Shown here one piece after another: positions 26,810 through 36,588 of a stretch of 64,000 nt of DNA (positions within the stretch are counted from its first letter, which is position 1; every line of letters begins with the position of its first letter). Location: sequence record MN850609.1, one strand, 5' to 3'. Source of the stretch: Escherichia phage dhaeg. Under the pieces are notes generated by a model. That model worked only from the letters and a program-made list of their open reading frames with translations. It was not told the DNA's origin and did no database searches. Both the position numbers and the translations under genes were made by a program.

Positions 26810-26815
26810 TAAATA
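26808..26815 (+). promoter_or_regulatory. Late-promoter-like box AATAAATA upstream of gene 49, followed by CCCTTA...TAAGGG hairpin
   Basis: 7/8 match to TATAAATA; inverted repeat around SD. Confidence 0.35.
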
Positions 26816-26844
26816 CCCTTATCTAATAATGGTAAGGGTTTATT

Positions 26845-27318
26845 ATGTTGCTGACTGGCAAATTATACAAAGAAGAAAAACAAAATCTTTATGATGCACA
26901 ACATGGTAAGTGTTTGATTTGTAAACGTGAATTAAACCCTGATGTTCAAAGTAACCACCTTGACCACGACCATGAATTGAATGGGCCAAAAGCCGGTAAG
27001 GTTCGTGGTTTACTATGTAATCTGTGCAATGCTGCAGAAGGACAAATGAAGCATAAGTTCAACCGTTCTGGTTTGAAAGGTCAAAACGTTGACTACCTCG
27101 AATGGTTAGAGAATTTGCTGGTCTATCTGAAAGCTGATTATACCGAAAATAATATCCATCCTAATTTCGTTCCTGATAAAACCAAAGAGTTCAGTAGATT
27201 AGGTAAGGAAGAAATGATTGCTGAAATGCTTTCACATGGAATGACTTATAATGAATCTGACACAAAGAAACAAATGGTCGATTCATTTAAAAAACAACTG
27301 AGGAAATCGCTTAAATGA
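26845..27318 (+). CDS. 49: Endonuclease VII (Holliday junction resolvase)
   Basis: Near-colinear with T4 gp49 (MLLTGKLYKEEKQ..., Zn-binding CLICKR...C..C, HDHELNGPKAGKVRGLLCNLCN). Confidence 0.9.
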   Translation: MLLTGKLYKEEKQNLYDAQHGKCLICKRELNPDVQSNHLDHDHELNGPKAGKVRGLLCNLCNAAEGQMKHKFNRSGLKGQNVDYLEWLENLLVYLKADYTENNIHPNFVPDKTKEFSRLGKEEMIAEMLSHGMTYNESDTKKQMVDSFKKQLRKSLK

Positions 27319-27439
27319 TTAATTTTTATGGCTACACATTCTATGCTTTAGCCGAATCAGTGAATGATGCTGTACGTCTTATGGGTGTTGAGTATCCTGC
27401 TCAATGGTTATTTGTTGTAACTAACATGTGGGTTCTTTA

Positions 27440-27655
27440 ATGAATAAATTTCGTAATGCAGTTTCTGATATCTTGGCCAATATTACATTTGTCTTGTTTA
27501 TTGTGTGCCTTTTAATCCTAGTCATCCCATTTGGATTGCTGTTCGTTATTATTGGTGCGCTGAGTACTGAAAAGGGTCTCGAAGAGTCTGAGTTCGAAAA
27601 ACGAATCCAGTCTGTCCATAGTGTTATTTCTAAAATGATGAAGGTGAAAGAATGA
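27440..27655 (+). CDS. Small membrane protein
   Basis: Hydrophobic helix ANITFVLFIVCLLILVIPFGLLFVIIGAL. Confidence 0.5.
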   Translation: MNKFRNAVSDILANITFVLFIVCLLILVIPFGLLFVIIGALSTEKGLEESEFEKRIQSVHSVISKMMKVKE

Positions 27656-27948
27656 AACGTTTTGAAGAATATGTAGCTACTGATTGGGGTGCCTGGGACA
27701 AGTTCGGTCAAGAATGGTATTTCCATGATTGCGACCTTAACCCGGAATTCTTTAAAGATAAGGAAGATGACCTCAAGGACATCTATGCTCTATCAGAGAT
27801 TCACGGTATTAAACCTACTGTCTACTTCTCTTTTGATGATATGGGATTCCTTATCCAGATTTACGTCCCGTATGGAACTAATGAAGACGAAGTTATCAAA
27901 ACTTGGGACTACCAAGGAGTTATTTCCTGTGGACCAAAAGTTAACTAA
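27652..27948 (+). CDS. Hypothetical acidic protein
   Basis: ATGA overlap start. Confidence 0.55.
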   Translation: MKRFEEYVATDWGAWDKFGQEWYFHDCDLNPEFFKDKEDDLKDIYALSEIHGIKPTVYFSFDDMGFLIQIYVPYGTNEDEVIKTWDYQGVISCGPKVN

Positions 27949-28246
27949 AATTGAGATTTACGGTATCCCTGAGACAGTCATGCGCTGTCCAGGGTGCATT
28001 GCAGTTCTATCGCTCCTAAATTCCCTTTCTATCCCACATACTTTCTATCCTGTGATTAACCAGACGCCGTCAGGCGCAGTATATGACAAGCCTCTTATAG
28101 TATCATTGGCCAAACGCGCCGGCTTCAAGAGCTTAGCTATACGCTATCCTGTCATCTTTGTTGATAATAAGAAAATAGAAAATATTCCTGCTTTTAAAGC
28201 ACTTTTGATTGAACTTGGTTATGACCGAGATTTAATTGAAGATTAG
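27929..28246 (+). CDS. Glutaredoxin/NrdH-like redoxin (GTG start)
   Basis: KIEIYGIP..CPGC..YPVIFVDNKKIENIPAF resembles Grx fold; GTG 27929 after SD AAGGAG; no ATG in frame. Confidence 0.45.
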   Translation: MDQKLTKIEIYGIPETVMRCPGCIAVLSLLNSLSIPHTFYPVINQTPSGAVYDKPLIVSLAKRAGFKSLAIRYPVIFVDNKKIENIPAFKALLIELGYDRDLIED

Positions 28247-28288
28247 TGTTTACTTCCTCTCCTCACGTGTTATAGTCTATCCTATCAA
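28247..28288 (+). promoter_or_regulatory. Early promoter cassette with stem-loop (CTCCTCACGTG / CACATGAGGAG)
   Basis: GTTTAC 28247-28252, -10 TATAGT 28271-28276. Confidence 0.55.
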
Positions 28289-28305
28289 CACATGAGGAGA
28301 ACATT

Positions 28306-28482
28306 ATGACTATCCAAGATAAAGAAATTAAAGTCCACCAGTATTATTCAATCAACGGCAAAGCTGTTCTAGTAACTGAAATATCTAGCCTGGACGTGTG
28401 GTATACCATAATTGACCTTAATATTAAAATGATTTGTGACCGTGGTGTATTTTGTTCGATAGCTAAGGAAATTAAATTATGA
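28306..28482 (+). CDS. Possible small protein (58 aa)
   Basis: SD GAGGAGAACATTATG. Confidence 0.45.
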   Translation: MTIQDKEIKVHQYYSINGKAVLVTEISSLDVWYTIIDLNIKMICDRGVFCSIAKEIKL

Positions 28483-28733
28483 GCCTGAAATTACATTCAA
28501 TGAAAAATGTCATCACCCTTAATCTGGATGATGAGCGCCTAATTTTTCTCACCGTCACTGATAAGAATATTGAAATTGCAAATGGTCCTAAGACTTATTG
28601 CTGCCCAGTGAAGAATTGGAAGCATGTAACCTTTTTGACCCTGGCCGACCGTCTGAAAGACCTTAAGTTGGATTTGGATATCAAAGATATCCAGTACATT
28701 AAAAATCTTATTGGATACAAACTGTTGAGGTAA
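28479..28733 (+). CDS. Hypothetical small protein
   Basis: ATGA overlap start. Confidence 0.55.
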   Translation: MSLKLHSMKNVITLNLDDERLIFLTVTDKNIEIANGPKTYCCPVKNWKHVTFLTLADRLKDLKLDLDIKDIQYIKNLIGYKLLR

Positions 28734-28735
28734 CT

Positions 28736-29029
28736 ATGGGTAAAACTATCCGTCGTAAAGAATTGCCTGTAAAAGATTTTTATTATTCCGGACGCCGTAA
28801 AGCACCATACGGCGTAAGTCAGGAAAGAGTTGAAGAAAATATCTTCCGTTCTGACAAGTGGAAACGTATGCGTGGCGTTGATTCTGAAGTTAAGAATGAA
28901 ATGAACCGCCAACTTCGTAAAGAAGTAAGAAAACTGAAAAAAGATGTTTACAGCGACGATGAACCTGATTACAATACTTCTCATCGAGTTGCAAAACGTA
29001 AATCAAACGAATGCTATCGTTACAGCTGA
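28736..29029 (+). CDS. Basic hypothetical protein
   Basis: SD TGAGGTAACTATG. Confidence 0.6.
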   Translation: MGKTIRRKELPVKDFYYSGRRKAPYGVSQERVEENIFRSDKWKRMRGVDSEVKNEMNRQLRKEVRKLKKDVYSDDEPDYNTSHRVAKRKSNECYRYS

Positions 29030-29036
29030 GGAAAAT

Positions 29037-29168
29037 ATGAATATCAAACGTATGCTTTTTAAACAAGGATTATACACTTTAAATGTTGCTCCAAAAGGCG
29101 ATACGACTAAGTGGTCAGTAAATGACTGGATTGAATTTATTGATGAAAACGGTAACTGGAAAATTTAA
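29037..29168 (+). CDS. Possible small protein (43 aa)
   Basis: SD GAGGAAAATATG. Confidence 0.35.
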   Translation: MNIKRMLFKQGLYTLNVAPKGDTTKWSVNDWIEFIDENGNWKI

Positions 29169-29369
29169 ATGAATCCTGAATCTAAATTATCACAACGAAT
29201 TGCTGAAGCCCGTCGTCAGTTCTTTGAAAATATGATAGCCCAAGGTATTGATGACGAAGTTTTTCTAAACTGGTTTTGGAATAACAAATATTCAAAATGC
29301 TCAGGAGCAATATTGATATCAGCCGCGATGATGTATGAAGGCTGGAAAGGCGCCAAAGCACAAAAATAG
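29169..29369 (+). CDS. Hypothetical small protein
   Basis: ORF. Confidence 0.5.
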   Translation: MNPESKLSQRIAEARRQFFENMIAQGIDDEVFLNWFWNNKYSKCSGAILISAAMMYEGWKGAKAQK

Positions 29370-29398
29370 TTTACAAACTCTTGGGACCAGAGTATAAT
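29369..29398 (+). promoter_or_regulatory. Early promoter (GTTTAC -35, TATAAT -10 inside GGGACCA/TGGTCCC inverted repeat)
   Basis: GTTTAC 29369-29374, TATAAT 29393-29398. Confidence 0.5.
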
Positions 29399-29437
29399 GG
29401 TCCCACGGATTATAAATTTTAAACTGAGGAAATTATT

Positions 29438-29767
29438 ATGTCACAAGCTATTAAAAACGTACTGAACTCTTTCGCTTTCGATAAAGTTAACGAACTGATG
29501 AAAACCGGCTTTGTAACTCCTCAGGTTCTTGACCAATGGGTTGCTGAACTGTTACCAATCATGCACTCTAAAGACCAAAAAATTGGTAAGAACGGTATTC
29601 GTGAAATCCTGGTTCAATATATTCTCGACGAGTTTGATGTGGCCGCCTTTGGTGTCGAATCTAAAGCTTGGCAGCCGGGTGAAATCACAGACAAAACCAT
29701 CCGTCGTATGAAGAATCAACGTAAGAAAAAATTCGTTGACCTGAAAATTGTTAAGGCTGCTAAATGA
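29438..29767 (+). CDS. Hypothetical protein
   Basis: SD CTGAGGAAATTATTATG. Confidence 0.6.
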   Translation: MSQAIKNVLNSFAFDKVNELMKTGFVTPQVLDQWVAELLPIMHSKDQKIGKNGIREILVQYILDEFDVAAFGVESKAWQPGEITDKTIRRMKNQRKKKFVDLKIVKAAK

Positions 29768-30012
29768 GTAATTTGCCTGAAGATGTATCGGTTATAATAG
29801 TCCTTAAAGCTTTAGCCGGTTTCCAACGTACCCCTATGATGAATAATAGCGAAACTATTATAAAAGCGGCTAATATGTTAAGTGGAAGTCATCGCGATTT
29901 CAGGATATTTCCTATAAGCTCTAAGACCACTTATATGAAAATGCCCGATCCTAAAATAGCTTGGGACGAAGGCATGACATTAAATGAATTTGAGGATTAT
30001 TTAAATGATTAA
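29764..30012 (+). CDS. Hypothetical small protein
   Basis: ATGA overlap start. Confidence 0.5.
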   Translation: MSNLPEDVSVIIVLKALAGFQRTPMMNNSETIIKAANMLSGSHRDFRIFPISSKTTYMKMPDPKIAWDEGMTLNEFEDYLND

Positions 30013-30271
30013 AATAAAACTCTCTAATTACGATAAAAACTTGGAAATGATTGCTATGAAAGAAGAACTCCTGAATGATGTCCGCTTTACTGGTTATGCA
30101 GTTCAATTTAATAGTGATGGGGTTCTCCAGATTGAGGGTGACCACTTTATTATTGAATATGAATTTAAACAGTACTGGCTATACGCTAAAGATGAGGTCG
30201 GCGGTATTGATTACGTTGATGAGTTTGATAATCTTGATGATGCACTAGAAGGAGCCCGATTCCTACAATGA
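30005..30271 (+). CDS. Hypothetical small protein
   Basis: ORF. Confidence 0.55.
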   Translation: MIKIKLSNYDKNLEMIAMKEELLNDVRFTGYAVQFNSDGVLQIEGDHFIIEYEFKQYWLYAKDEVGGIDYVDEFDNLDDALEGARFLQ

Positions 30272-30531
30272 CGCCTGTATCCATAACATTAGCTTATGAA
30301 GGCTTAGGATTTTTCTTAATAGATAACTATATGAATGTTGAGTTTATTTGCGGAGAGACTTCTGAAGTGTGGAAGTCTCATATTTCCAAATACAACCAAT
30401 CCGAATATTTAGTCCTTTACCAACAATTCTGCCTTTATATTCAAAGCCAAGGATTTGAAGGAGCCCCTTCCTTCGAAGAGTTCAAAAAAATTCTTGAAAC
30501 AGTATTTCAGGCTTATTGCTTACTCCGTTGA
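30268..30531 (+). CDS. Hypothetical small protein
   Basis: ORF. Confidence 0.55.
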   Translation: MTPVSITLAYEGLGFFLIDNYMNVEFICGETSEVWKSHISKYNQSEYLVLYQQFCLYIQSQGFEGAPSFEEFKKILETVFQAYCLLR

Positions 30532-30558
30532 TGCTTTAAACGGGTCTTCAAATACTAT
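30532..30558 (+). promoter_or_regulatory. Candidate MotA-dependent middle promoter (TGCTTTA box + TACTAT -10) upstream of gene 55
   Basis: TGCTTTA 30532-30538, 14-nt gap, TACTAT 30553-30558. Confidence 0.3.
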
Positions 30559-30597
30559 GATATAATAGACCTATGATTTGAGTTATCTGAGGTAACA

Positions 30598-31155
30598 ATG
30601 ACCGAAATTAAACTGACTAAAAATAACTATGTAAATAATAAGGAGCTTCTGAAAGCCATTACCCAGTGGAAAACAGAGCTCCGAGAAAATACCGATCCTA
30701 ATAAAATAGTTCGTCAGAACGATGTTATCGGCTTGGCTATTATGCTCATTGCTGAAGGCCTTTCTAAGCGTTTCAACTTCTCCGGGTATACCCAATCTTG
30801 GAAGCAAGAAATGATTGCTGATGGAATCGAAGCTTCTATTAAAGGCCTTCACAACTTCGACGAAACAAAATACGACAACCCACATGCATATATCACTATG
30901 GCTTGTTTTAATGCCTTTGTTCAGCGTATCAAGAAAGAACGTAAAGAAATGGCAAAGAAATACAGCTACTTCGTCCATAACGTTTATGACGCTAATGACG
31001 ACGACATGGTAGGTATCGCAGATGAAACTTTTATCCAGGATATTTACGACAAAATGACTCAGTATGAAACCTCTTTAGTTAAAGCGCCAGGGTCTGATAA
31101 GAGCGCCGAATCTAAAGTTGGTGAGCTGGATTTTTTATATGGAACTCAAGATTAA
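30598..31155 (+). CDS. 55: Late-transcription sigma factor gp55
   Basis: 185 aa, colinear with T4 gp55 as recalled; position upstream of 47/46. Confidence 0.8.
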   Translation: MTEIKLTKNNYVNNKELLKAITQWKTELRENTDPNKIVRQNDVIGLAIMLIAEGLSKRFNFSGYTQSWKQEMIADGIEASIKGLHNFDETKYDNPHAYITMACFNAFVQRIKKERKEMAKKYSYFVHNVYDANDDDMVGIADETFIQDIYDKMTQYETSLVKAPGSDKSAESKVGELDFLYGTQD

Positions 31156-31366
31156 CCTGGTAGGCCTTTTAGAAGAAGTAGATGGAGAGTATTCGGCAAT
31201 TCCTTATGTTCTTAAAATGTATCTTAAGGATATTGCCAAGCTTCCTATTGTAATAGACCCAAAACACCCTGATTCGGTAGAAATTAAAGCTGAAAAAGGA
31301 ACATTAACTTATAACTATCACGTTACCGACGAAGATTTTTATATAAAACTGAATTACAAGGATTAA
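31139..31366 (+). CDS. Hypothetical small protein
   Basis: ATG overlapping end of 55. Confidence 0.5.
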   Translation: MELKINLVGLLEEVDGEYSAIPYVLKMYLKDIAKLPIVIDPKHPDSVEIKAEKGTLTYNYHVTDEDFYIKLNYKD

Positions 31367-31367
31367 T

Positions 31368-31679
31368 ATGCAAAGCACCGACATTTCTCAATTGACCGAA
31401 GAGCAAATTGAAGAAGCCCAGAAGCGTTTAGAAGAGAATAATGCTAAAGAAGCCGCTTCTCAAGCTGCCAAAATTCTTAAAAAGAATGCCCGTGAAATTA
31501 AGCGTCTTAATACACATGCTCAGGGCGCTGTTCTCGAAAACAATTTCGAAGCTTACAAATATGCTATAATTAAATTACGTGGTATTTACCGTCAACCAAC
31601 TACTGACGAAATCGTTAGAGTTATGTGGGAAACTACGCGTAAACAGATTTGGGAAATTATCAATGGCGCTAGTAAATAA
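31368..31679 (+). CDS. Hypothetical coiled-coil small protein
   Basis: ORF. Confidence 0.6.
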   Translation: MQSTDISQLTEEQIEEAQKRLEENNAKEAASQAAKILKKNAREIKRLNTHAQGAVLENNFEAYKYAIIKLRGIYRQPTTDEIVRVMWETTRKQIWEIINGASK

Positions 31680-31866
31680 ACCCTTTAAACGGCTTCTTAT
31701 TGGAGCCGCCTTCAGACTTCGCTCATACGGTAATATTTGTATTAAGCAGACTGAAACCGAATATAAAATGGTTGGGCAATATTCCGATGAAATTTTTCGG
31801 ATTGAGCCTGTAGCCAAGGTTTGGGTGGATTCTCATCAACTTAAGAAATGGTGGAAACGATGGTAG
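31663..31866 (+). CDS. Possible small basic protein
   Basis: ATG 31663; overlaps previous gene by 17 nt. Confidence 0.4.
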   Translation: MALVNKPFKRLLIGAAFRLRSYGNICIKQTETEYKMVGQYSDEIFRIEPVAKVWVDSHQLKKWWKRW

Positions 31867-31956
31867 GATTTTATGAAAGCGGATGTAACGAAGACGAACA
31901 TCCGGATTTTTAAGCTTATGAATGACGAATACGAAAAAGTTTAAGAGGTCGTATGA

Positions 31957-32130
31957 ATGACGAATTCGATGGATTTTGATAAGATTAAATCTGACAAAAA
32001 TGAGATGATACTTAAATTTGAAGCTGCTCGTATTAAAGCGGAAAATGAAGGTACTATTACTTATAAGAAAATCAAGTTCAGGTCTTCTCATGAACCTCTG
32101 TATGGCGTATTAATTGGTAAAGGAGCTTAG
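31957..32130 (+). CDS. Possible small protein (57 aa)
   Basis: SD AAGAGG 8 nt upstream. Confidence 0.4.
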   Translation: MTNSMDFDKIKSDKNEMILKFEAARIKAENEGTITYKKIKFRSSHEPLYGVLIGKGA

Positions 32131-32142
32131 GCTCCTTTTTTG
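32122..32142 (+). terminator. Rho-independent terminator
   Basis: GGAGC-TTAG-GCTCC followed by TTTTTT. Confidence 0.55.
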
Positions 32143-32187
32143 CTTTCTGAATGGATGATAAAATAGATTTAATTAAGCGAGGATATT

Positions 32188-33210
32188 ATGAAAATATTAA
32201 ACACAGGTGACTGGCACCTTGGAGTTAAGAACGACGACCCTTGGGTCCAAAACATTCAATTGACCGGCATTAAAGATGCTATCAATTATTCTAAAGCAAA
32301 TGGTATTACTGTATGGATTCAATACGGTGATATTTTTGATGTCCGTAAAGCCATTACTCATAAGTGTATGGAATTTGCTAGACATATTTCAGATTTGCTT
32401 AAAGAAAACGGCATTACCATGTATACCGTTGTTGGTAACCATGATGCCCACTACAAAAATACCTTGACTCCTAATGCTGCTTCTGAAGTTCTCGGTAAAT
32501 ATGACCATATCAAGGTTATTGAAAAACCTACTACGGTTAACTTTGATGGCACCGAAATTGATTTGATTCCATGGATGTGTGAAGAAAACACGACTGATAT
32601 CATGGACCATATCAAAAATACCACAGCAGATTTCTGTGTTGGTCATTGGGAATTAAATGGTTTCTATTTCTATAAAGGAATGAAATCCCATGGTTTAGAA
32701 CCTGATTTCCTTAAAAAGTATAAGCAAGTTTGGTCTGGTCACTTCCACACTATTTCTGATGCAGCAAATGTTAAGTACATTGGTACTCCATGGACCCTGA
32801 CTGCAGGTGATGAGAACGACCCTCGTGGTTTCTGGATTTTCGATACCGAAACCCATAAAATGGATTTCATCATTAATGAAACCTGTTGGCATCGTAAGAT
32901 TCATTATCCTAATGCGACTATCGATTACAAAGATTTTACCAACATAGCAGTTCGTGTTATAGTCGATAAAATTGATGATGGCCTTACTAAGTTCGAATCA
33001 GAGCTTGAAAAGGTTGTTCACTCTTTACGTATTGTGTCTAAGGTAGATAATAGTGTTGATATCGATGATTCTGAAGAGGAAGATGAAGTTAAATCTCTCT
33101 TGGATATGATGTATGATTATATCGACGCCCTTCCTGATGGCCACACTGAAGCCGATGTTAAAGCCCTTAAGACTATGGCTGCACAACTTTATAATGAGGT
33201 TACACGATGA
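32188..33210 (+). CDS. 47: Recombination nuclease subunit gp47 (Mre11-like)
   Basis: Phosphoesterase motifs (GDWHLG, GNHD, GHWE...); 340 aa; adjacent to gp46. Confidence 0.9.
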   Translation: MKILNTGDWHLGVKNDDPWVQNIQLTGIKDAINYSKANGITVWIQYGDIFDVRKAITHKCMEFARHISDLLKENGITMYTVVGNHDAHYKNTLTPNAASEVLGKYDHIKVIEKPTTVNFDGTEIDLIPWMCEENTTDIMDHIKNTTADFCVGHWELNGFYFYKGMKSHGLEPDFLKKYKQVWSGHFHTISDAANVKYIGTPWTLTAGDENDPRGFWIFDTETHKMDFIINETCWHRKIHYPNATIDYKDFTNIAVRVIVDKIDDGLTKFESELEKVVHSLRIVSKVDNSVDIDDSEEEDEVKSLLDMMYDYIDALPDGHTEADVKALKTMAAQLYNEVTR

Positions 33211-33470
33211 CTTTAGATGAATTCAAAAAATCGGGACTTGAACTGGAACACGACTGTATAGTTATTGATGATGATGGTCAACCTAGTACAATTAAGTTCT
33301 GGTTTGAAGCCGTGAGCACTCGTGATACCGGCGAGCTTATTAAAGTTTATGTTGCTACCGATTGGGCTGTAGAATTTAGTTTTAATGTAATGGAAGATGA
33401 TACTCCAGAGGCATTAATTCATATGGCTGAATCATGCATCAAGGATGCTTATAACGATGAAGACTTTTAA
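33207..33470 (+). CDS. Hypothetical small acidic protein
   Basis: ORF between 47 and 46. Confidence 0.55.
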   Translation: MTLDEFKKSGLELEHDCIVIDDDGQPSTIKFWFEAVSTRDTGELIKVYVATDWAVEFSFNVMEDDTPEALIHMAESCIKDAYNDEDF

Positions 33471-35139
33471 GTTAAAGAAAGTAACGTATAAAAATATTAT
33501 GTCGGTAGGGCAGCAGCCTATTACAATCCAACTTGACAAGGTCCAAAAGACCTTAGTCACTGGTAAAAATGGTGCAGGGAAATCAACATTCCTTGAAGCT
33601 GTAACATTTGCTCTGTTCGGTAAGCCTTTTCGCGATGTTAAGAAAGGGCAGTTGATTAACTCAAGTAACAAGAAAGACCTTTTGGTCGAACTGTGGATGG
33701 AATATGATGGCAAAGAATACTATATCAAACGCGGGCAAAAACCCAACGTTTTTGAAATCTCTTGTGACGGTGAACGTCTTGATGAATCTGCCAGCAGTAA
33801 AGACTTCCAAGCGGAATTTGAACAGCTTATCGGAATGTCCTACGCAAGCTTTAAACAAATTGTCGTACTCGGCACAGCTGGATATACCCCTTTTATGGGC
33901 CTATCCACTCCTGCAAGAAGAAAACTCGTCGAAGACCTCTTAGAGGTTTCTGTATTAGCGGATATGGATAAGTTGAACAAATCTTTGATTCGTGAGACTA
34001 ATAGCCAAATCCAAGTAATAGACGTTAAGCAAGATTCTATTACCCAACAAATTAAAATTTATAACGACAACGAAGAACGTCAACGTAAATTATCCGGCGA
34101 GAACGCTGCCCGTCTACAATTAATGTATGATGAGCTCGTTAAAGAAGCCAGGACTGCGAAGGCGAGCATAGAATCCCTGACTGATGAATTACTCAATGTT
34201 ATCGTAGATGATGACCCTAGCAACTCCATGAGTGACCTGAGTAATAAAGGATTTGCAATCAAAAATGATATGGCAACCTTTACAAAGGTAATTAAGTTAT
34301 ACGAAACCGGTGGCCATTGTCCTACGTGTATGCAAGGGTTAGAAGAGCATGGTAATATCCTTACTAAAATTAAGGATAAAAACTTTGAGCTTCAAAAATC
34401 TTTGGATAAGATTAATGAGCAATACCAAGAACTCAAGCTCATTAAAGACCAAGTAACCGAACAACGCAATAAAGCTTTGGCTATTAAATCTCAGATAGCT
34501 ACTCATAAGCAGCAAGCCATTACTGCTGTAGAGAAAGCTAAAAAGGTTAAGGTATTAATTGACCAGGCAGCAGCTGAGTTCGTAAGTAATGCCGAAGAGA
34601 TTGCTGCGCTTCAAGCAGAGCTTGATAAAATCGTCTCTACCAAATCGTCCTTGGTAATGGAAAAATATCATCGTGGAATTCTGACAGAAATGTTGAAGGA
34701 TACTGGTATTAAAGGTTCCATTATTAAGAAATACATTCCTATCTTTAATAAGCAGATTAATTCTTATTTGAAGATTATGGAAGCGGACTACGTCTTTACC
34801 CTAGACGAAGAATTCAATGAGACGATTAAATCACGTGGACGTGAAGACTTTAGTTATGCTTCATTTTCACAGGGTGAGAAAGCACGTATTGATATCGCAC
34901 TACTTTTTACATGGCGTGATATTGCTTCTAGGGTATCAGGTGTTAATATATCCACACTGATTCTTGATGAGGTATTTGACAGTGCAACTGACGCTGAAGG
35001 CGTTAAGAGCATTGCAACCATCTTGAATAGCCTTGAGGATACGAACGTGTTCATTATCTCTCACCGAGACCATGACCCACAAGCTTATGGCCAACATCTT
35101 CAAATGAAGAAAGTTGGACGATTCACGGTGATGGAATGA
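33457..35139 (+). CDS. 46: Recombination ATPase gp46 (Rad50/SbcC-like)
   Basis: Walker A GKNGAGKST, coiled coil, CPTC zinc hook, signature/D-loop LILDEVFD; colinear with T4 gp46. Confidence 0.9.
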   Translation: MKTFKLKKVTYKNIMSVGQQPITIQLDKVQKTLVTGKNGAGKSTFLEAVTFALFGKPFRDVKKGQLINSSNKKDLLVELWMEYDGKEYYIKRGQKPNVFEISCDGERLDESASSKDFQAEFEQLIGMSYASFKQIVVLGTAGYTPFMGLSTPARRKLVEDLLEVSVLADMDKLNKSLIRETNSQIQVIDVKQDSITQQIKIYNDNEERQRKLSGENAARLQLMYDELVKEARTAKASIESLTDELLNVIVDDDPSNSMSDLSNKGFAIKNDMATFTKVIKLYETGGHCPTCMQGLEEHGNILTKIKDKNFELQKSLDKINEQYQELKLIKDQVTEQRNKALAIKSQIATHKQQAITAVEKAKKVKVLIDQAAAEFVSNAEEIAALQAELDKIVSTKSSLVMEKYHRGILTEMLKDTGIKGSIIKKYIPIFNKQINSYLKIMEADYVFTLDEEFNETIKSRGREDFSYASFSQGEKARIDIALLFTWRDIASRVSGVNISTLILDEVFDSATDAEGVKSIATILNSLEDTNVFIISHRDHDPQAYGQHLQMKKVGRFTVME

Positions 35140-35327
35140 GTGATTTTATAACAGGCCAGCATTTGTTGGCCGTTCCAGAAATAAAGAGATACGTTTTAGT
35201 TAACAACTTCTCTGGAGATGAACATCTTGTTACTGAAGAATATCTCCAAAATGCTTTTAAGTCAGAATATGATAAAATCATGTCAAATAGAAATCCAGCA
35301 TGGTTTGTCTACGAGTACTTTGATTAA
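35136..35327 (+). CDS. Hypothetical small protein
   Basis: ATGA overlap start. Confidence 0.5.
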   Translation: MSDFITGQHLLAVPEIKRYVLVNNFSGDEHLVTEEYLQNAFKSEYDKIMSNRNPAWFVYEYFD

Positions 35328-35383
35328 ATTGCTTTAAAATATTGATTTATAATACATTTACCAACCAAATGAGAGAAAATATT

Positions 35384-35803
35384 ATGTTTGCTACTTCTAA
35401 TGGCGTTACCGTTAAAGATATCCAAGTTAAAACCATCCGTACTGATTCCAACCCACATAATCAGAACCGTATTCGTAAATCATGGGTACTGAATATTGAT
35501 ACCAACTCTGCACGTCGATTGCAGTCTCTTCCACAAGAAACTAAGTTCATGCTCTACGGTATTATTGATAACGACGTATCTGATAAGTGGGTAGAAATCA
35601 TGCGTCGCCATTATAATGATTCACTGGCTGCAGGTGCTAAACTTGTTATCGACCGCGACGGTTCTGAACGTTTAGAAGATGATTATTGCGTCGACCCTGA
35701 TGAGCAGTTGCTTGAAGCCGGTGCTATTGTTGCTTCCCAGATTCCAGAGTATATTGAATCTCTGCCTGAATCCATTCGTAAACAAATGATCGTAATTGCT
35801 TAA
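35384..35803 (+). CDS. Hypothetical protein at the T4 rpbA position
   Basis: Position between 46 and 45; no motif recognised; ATG after SD GAGAGAAAATATTATG. Confidence 0.5.
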   Translation: MFATSNGVTVKDIQVKTIRTDSNPHNQNRIRKSWVLNIDTNSARRLQSLPQETKFMLYGIIDNDVSDKWVEIMRRHYNDSLAAGAKLVIDRDGSERLEDDYCVDPDEQLLEAGAIVASQIPEYIESLPESIRKQMIVIA

Positions 35804-35828
35804 TAATTTGACTTGATAAGGAAACATT

Positions 35829-36527
35829 ATGAAATTCTCTAAAGAAACCCTGAATATTCTTAAAAACTTCTCCGGTATTAACCCAGGCATTATGCTTAAA
35901 CCAGGTAACACCATTCTGACCCGATCTGTTACCGGTGCAAGTTATGGTGAAGCTACTGTAAGTGATACATTCGATATCGAAGCAGCCATCTATGATTTGA
36001 ACGGCTTCTTAAGTATTCTGTCTTTGGTATCGGAAAGTGCTGAAGTTTCAGTAAGTGAAGACCAAACCACATTAATTATTAAAGACCAACGTTCAACAAT
36101 TAAGTGGCCTATTGCTGACCCAAGCACAATCGCATTCCCAAGTAAAGCTATCCCGTTCCCTGTGGCTGAAGTTATTTTCGATTTGAAAGCCGAAGATTAT
36201 CAACAGTTGATGCGTGTGTCCTCTGGTCTGAGTATTGATACATTTGCAATCACTGTAGACGATGGTAAAATTGTTATCAACGGTTATAAACAAGTCGACG
36301 ATAAAGAATTAACTCGTCCATTGTATTCTCTGGTCGTGGCTGACCATGATGGTCCTGACTTTAAGTTCATCATTAACAAAACCAATATGAAAATGATGCC
36401 AGCCGATTATCATGTATTGCTATGGGCGCGCGGTGAAGGTCAGGATGCTCGATTTGCAGCTAAGTTTGAAGGTACACAAGCTTCTTATGTATTAGCTATG
36501 GAAGCAGGCTCAAGCCACTCGTTCTAA
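35829..36527 (+). CDS. 45: Sliding clamp gp45
   Basis: Colinear with T4 gp45 as recalled (MKFSKETLNILKNFSGINPGIMLK...). Confidence 0.9.
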   Translation: MKFSKETLNILKNFSGINPGIMLKPGNTILTRSVTGASYGEATVSDTFDIEAAIYDLNGFLSILSLVSESAEVSVSEDQTTLIIKDQRSTIKWPIADPSTIAFPSKAIPFPVAEVIFDLKAEDYQQLMRVSSGLSIDTFAITVDDGKIVINGYKQVDDKELTRPLYSLVVADHDGPDFKFIINKTNMKMMPADYHVLLWARGEGQDARFAAKFEGTQASYVLAMEAGSSHSF

Positions 36528-36588
36528 AGCATAGGGAGGAATTTCCTCCCTTGGAGTATAATGTAAAAACAAACCTGAGGAAATTAAT

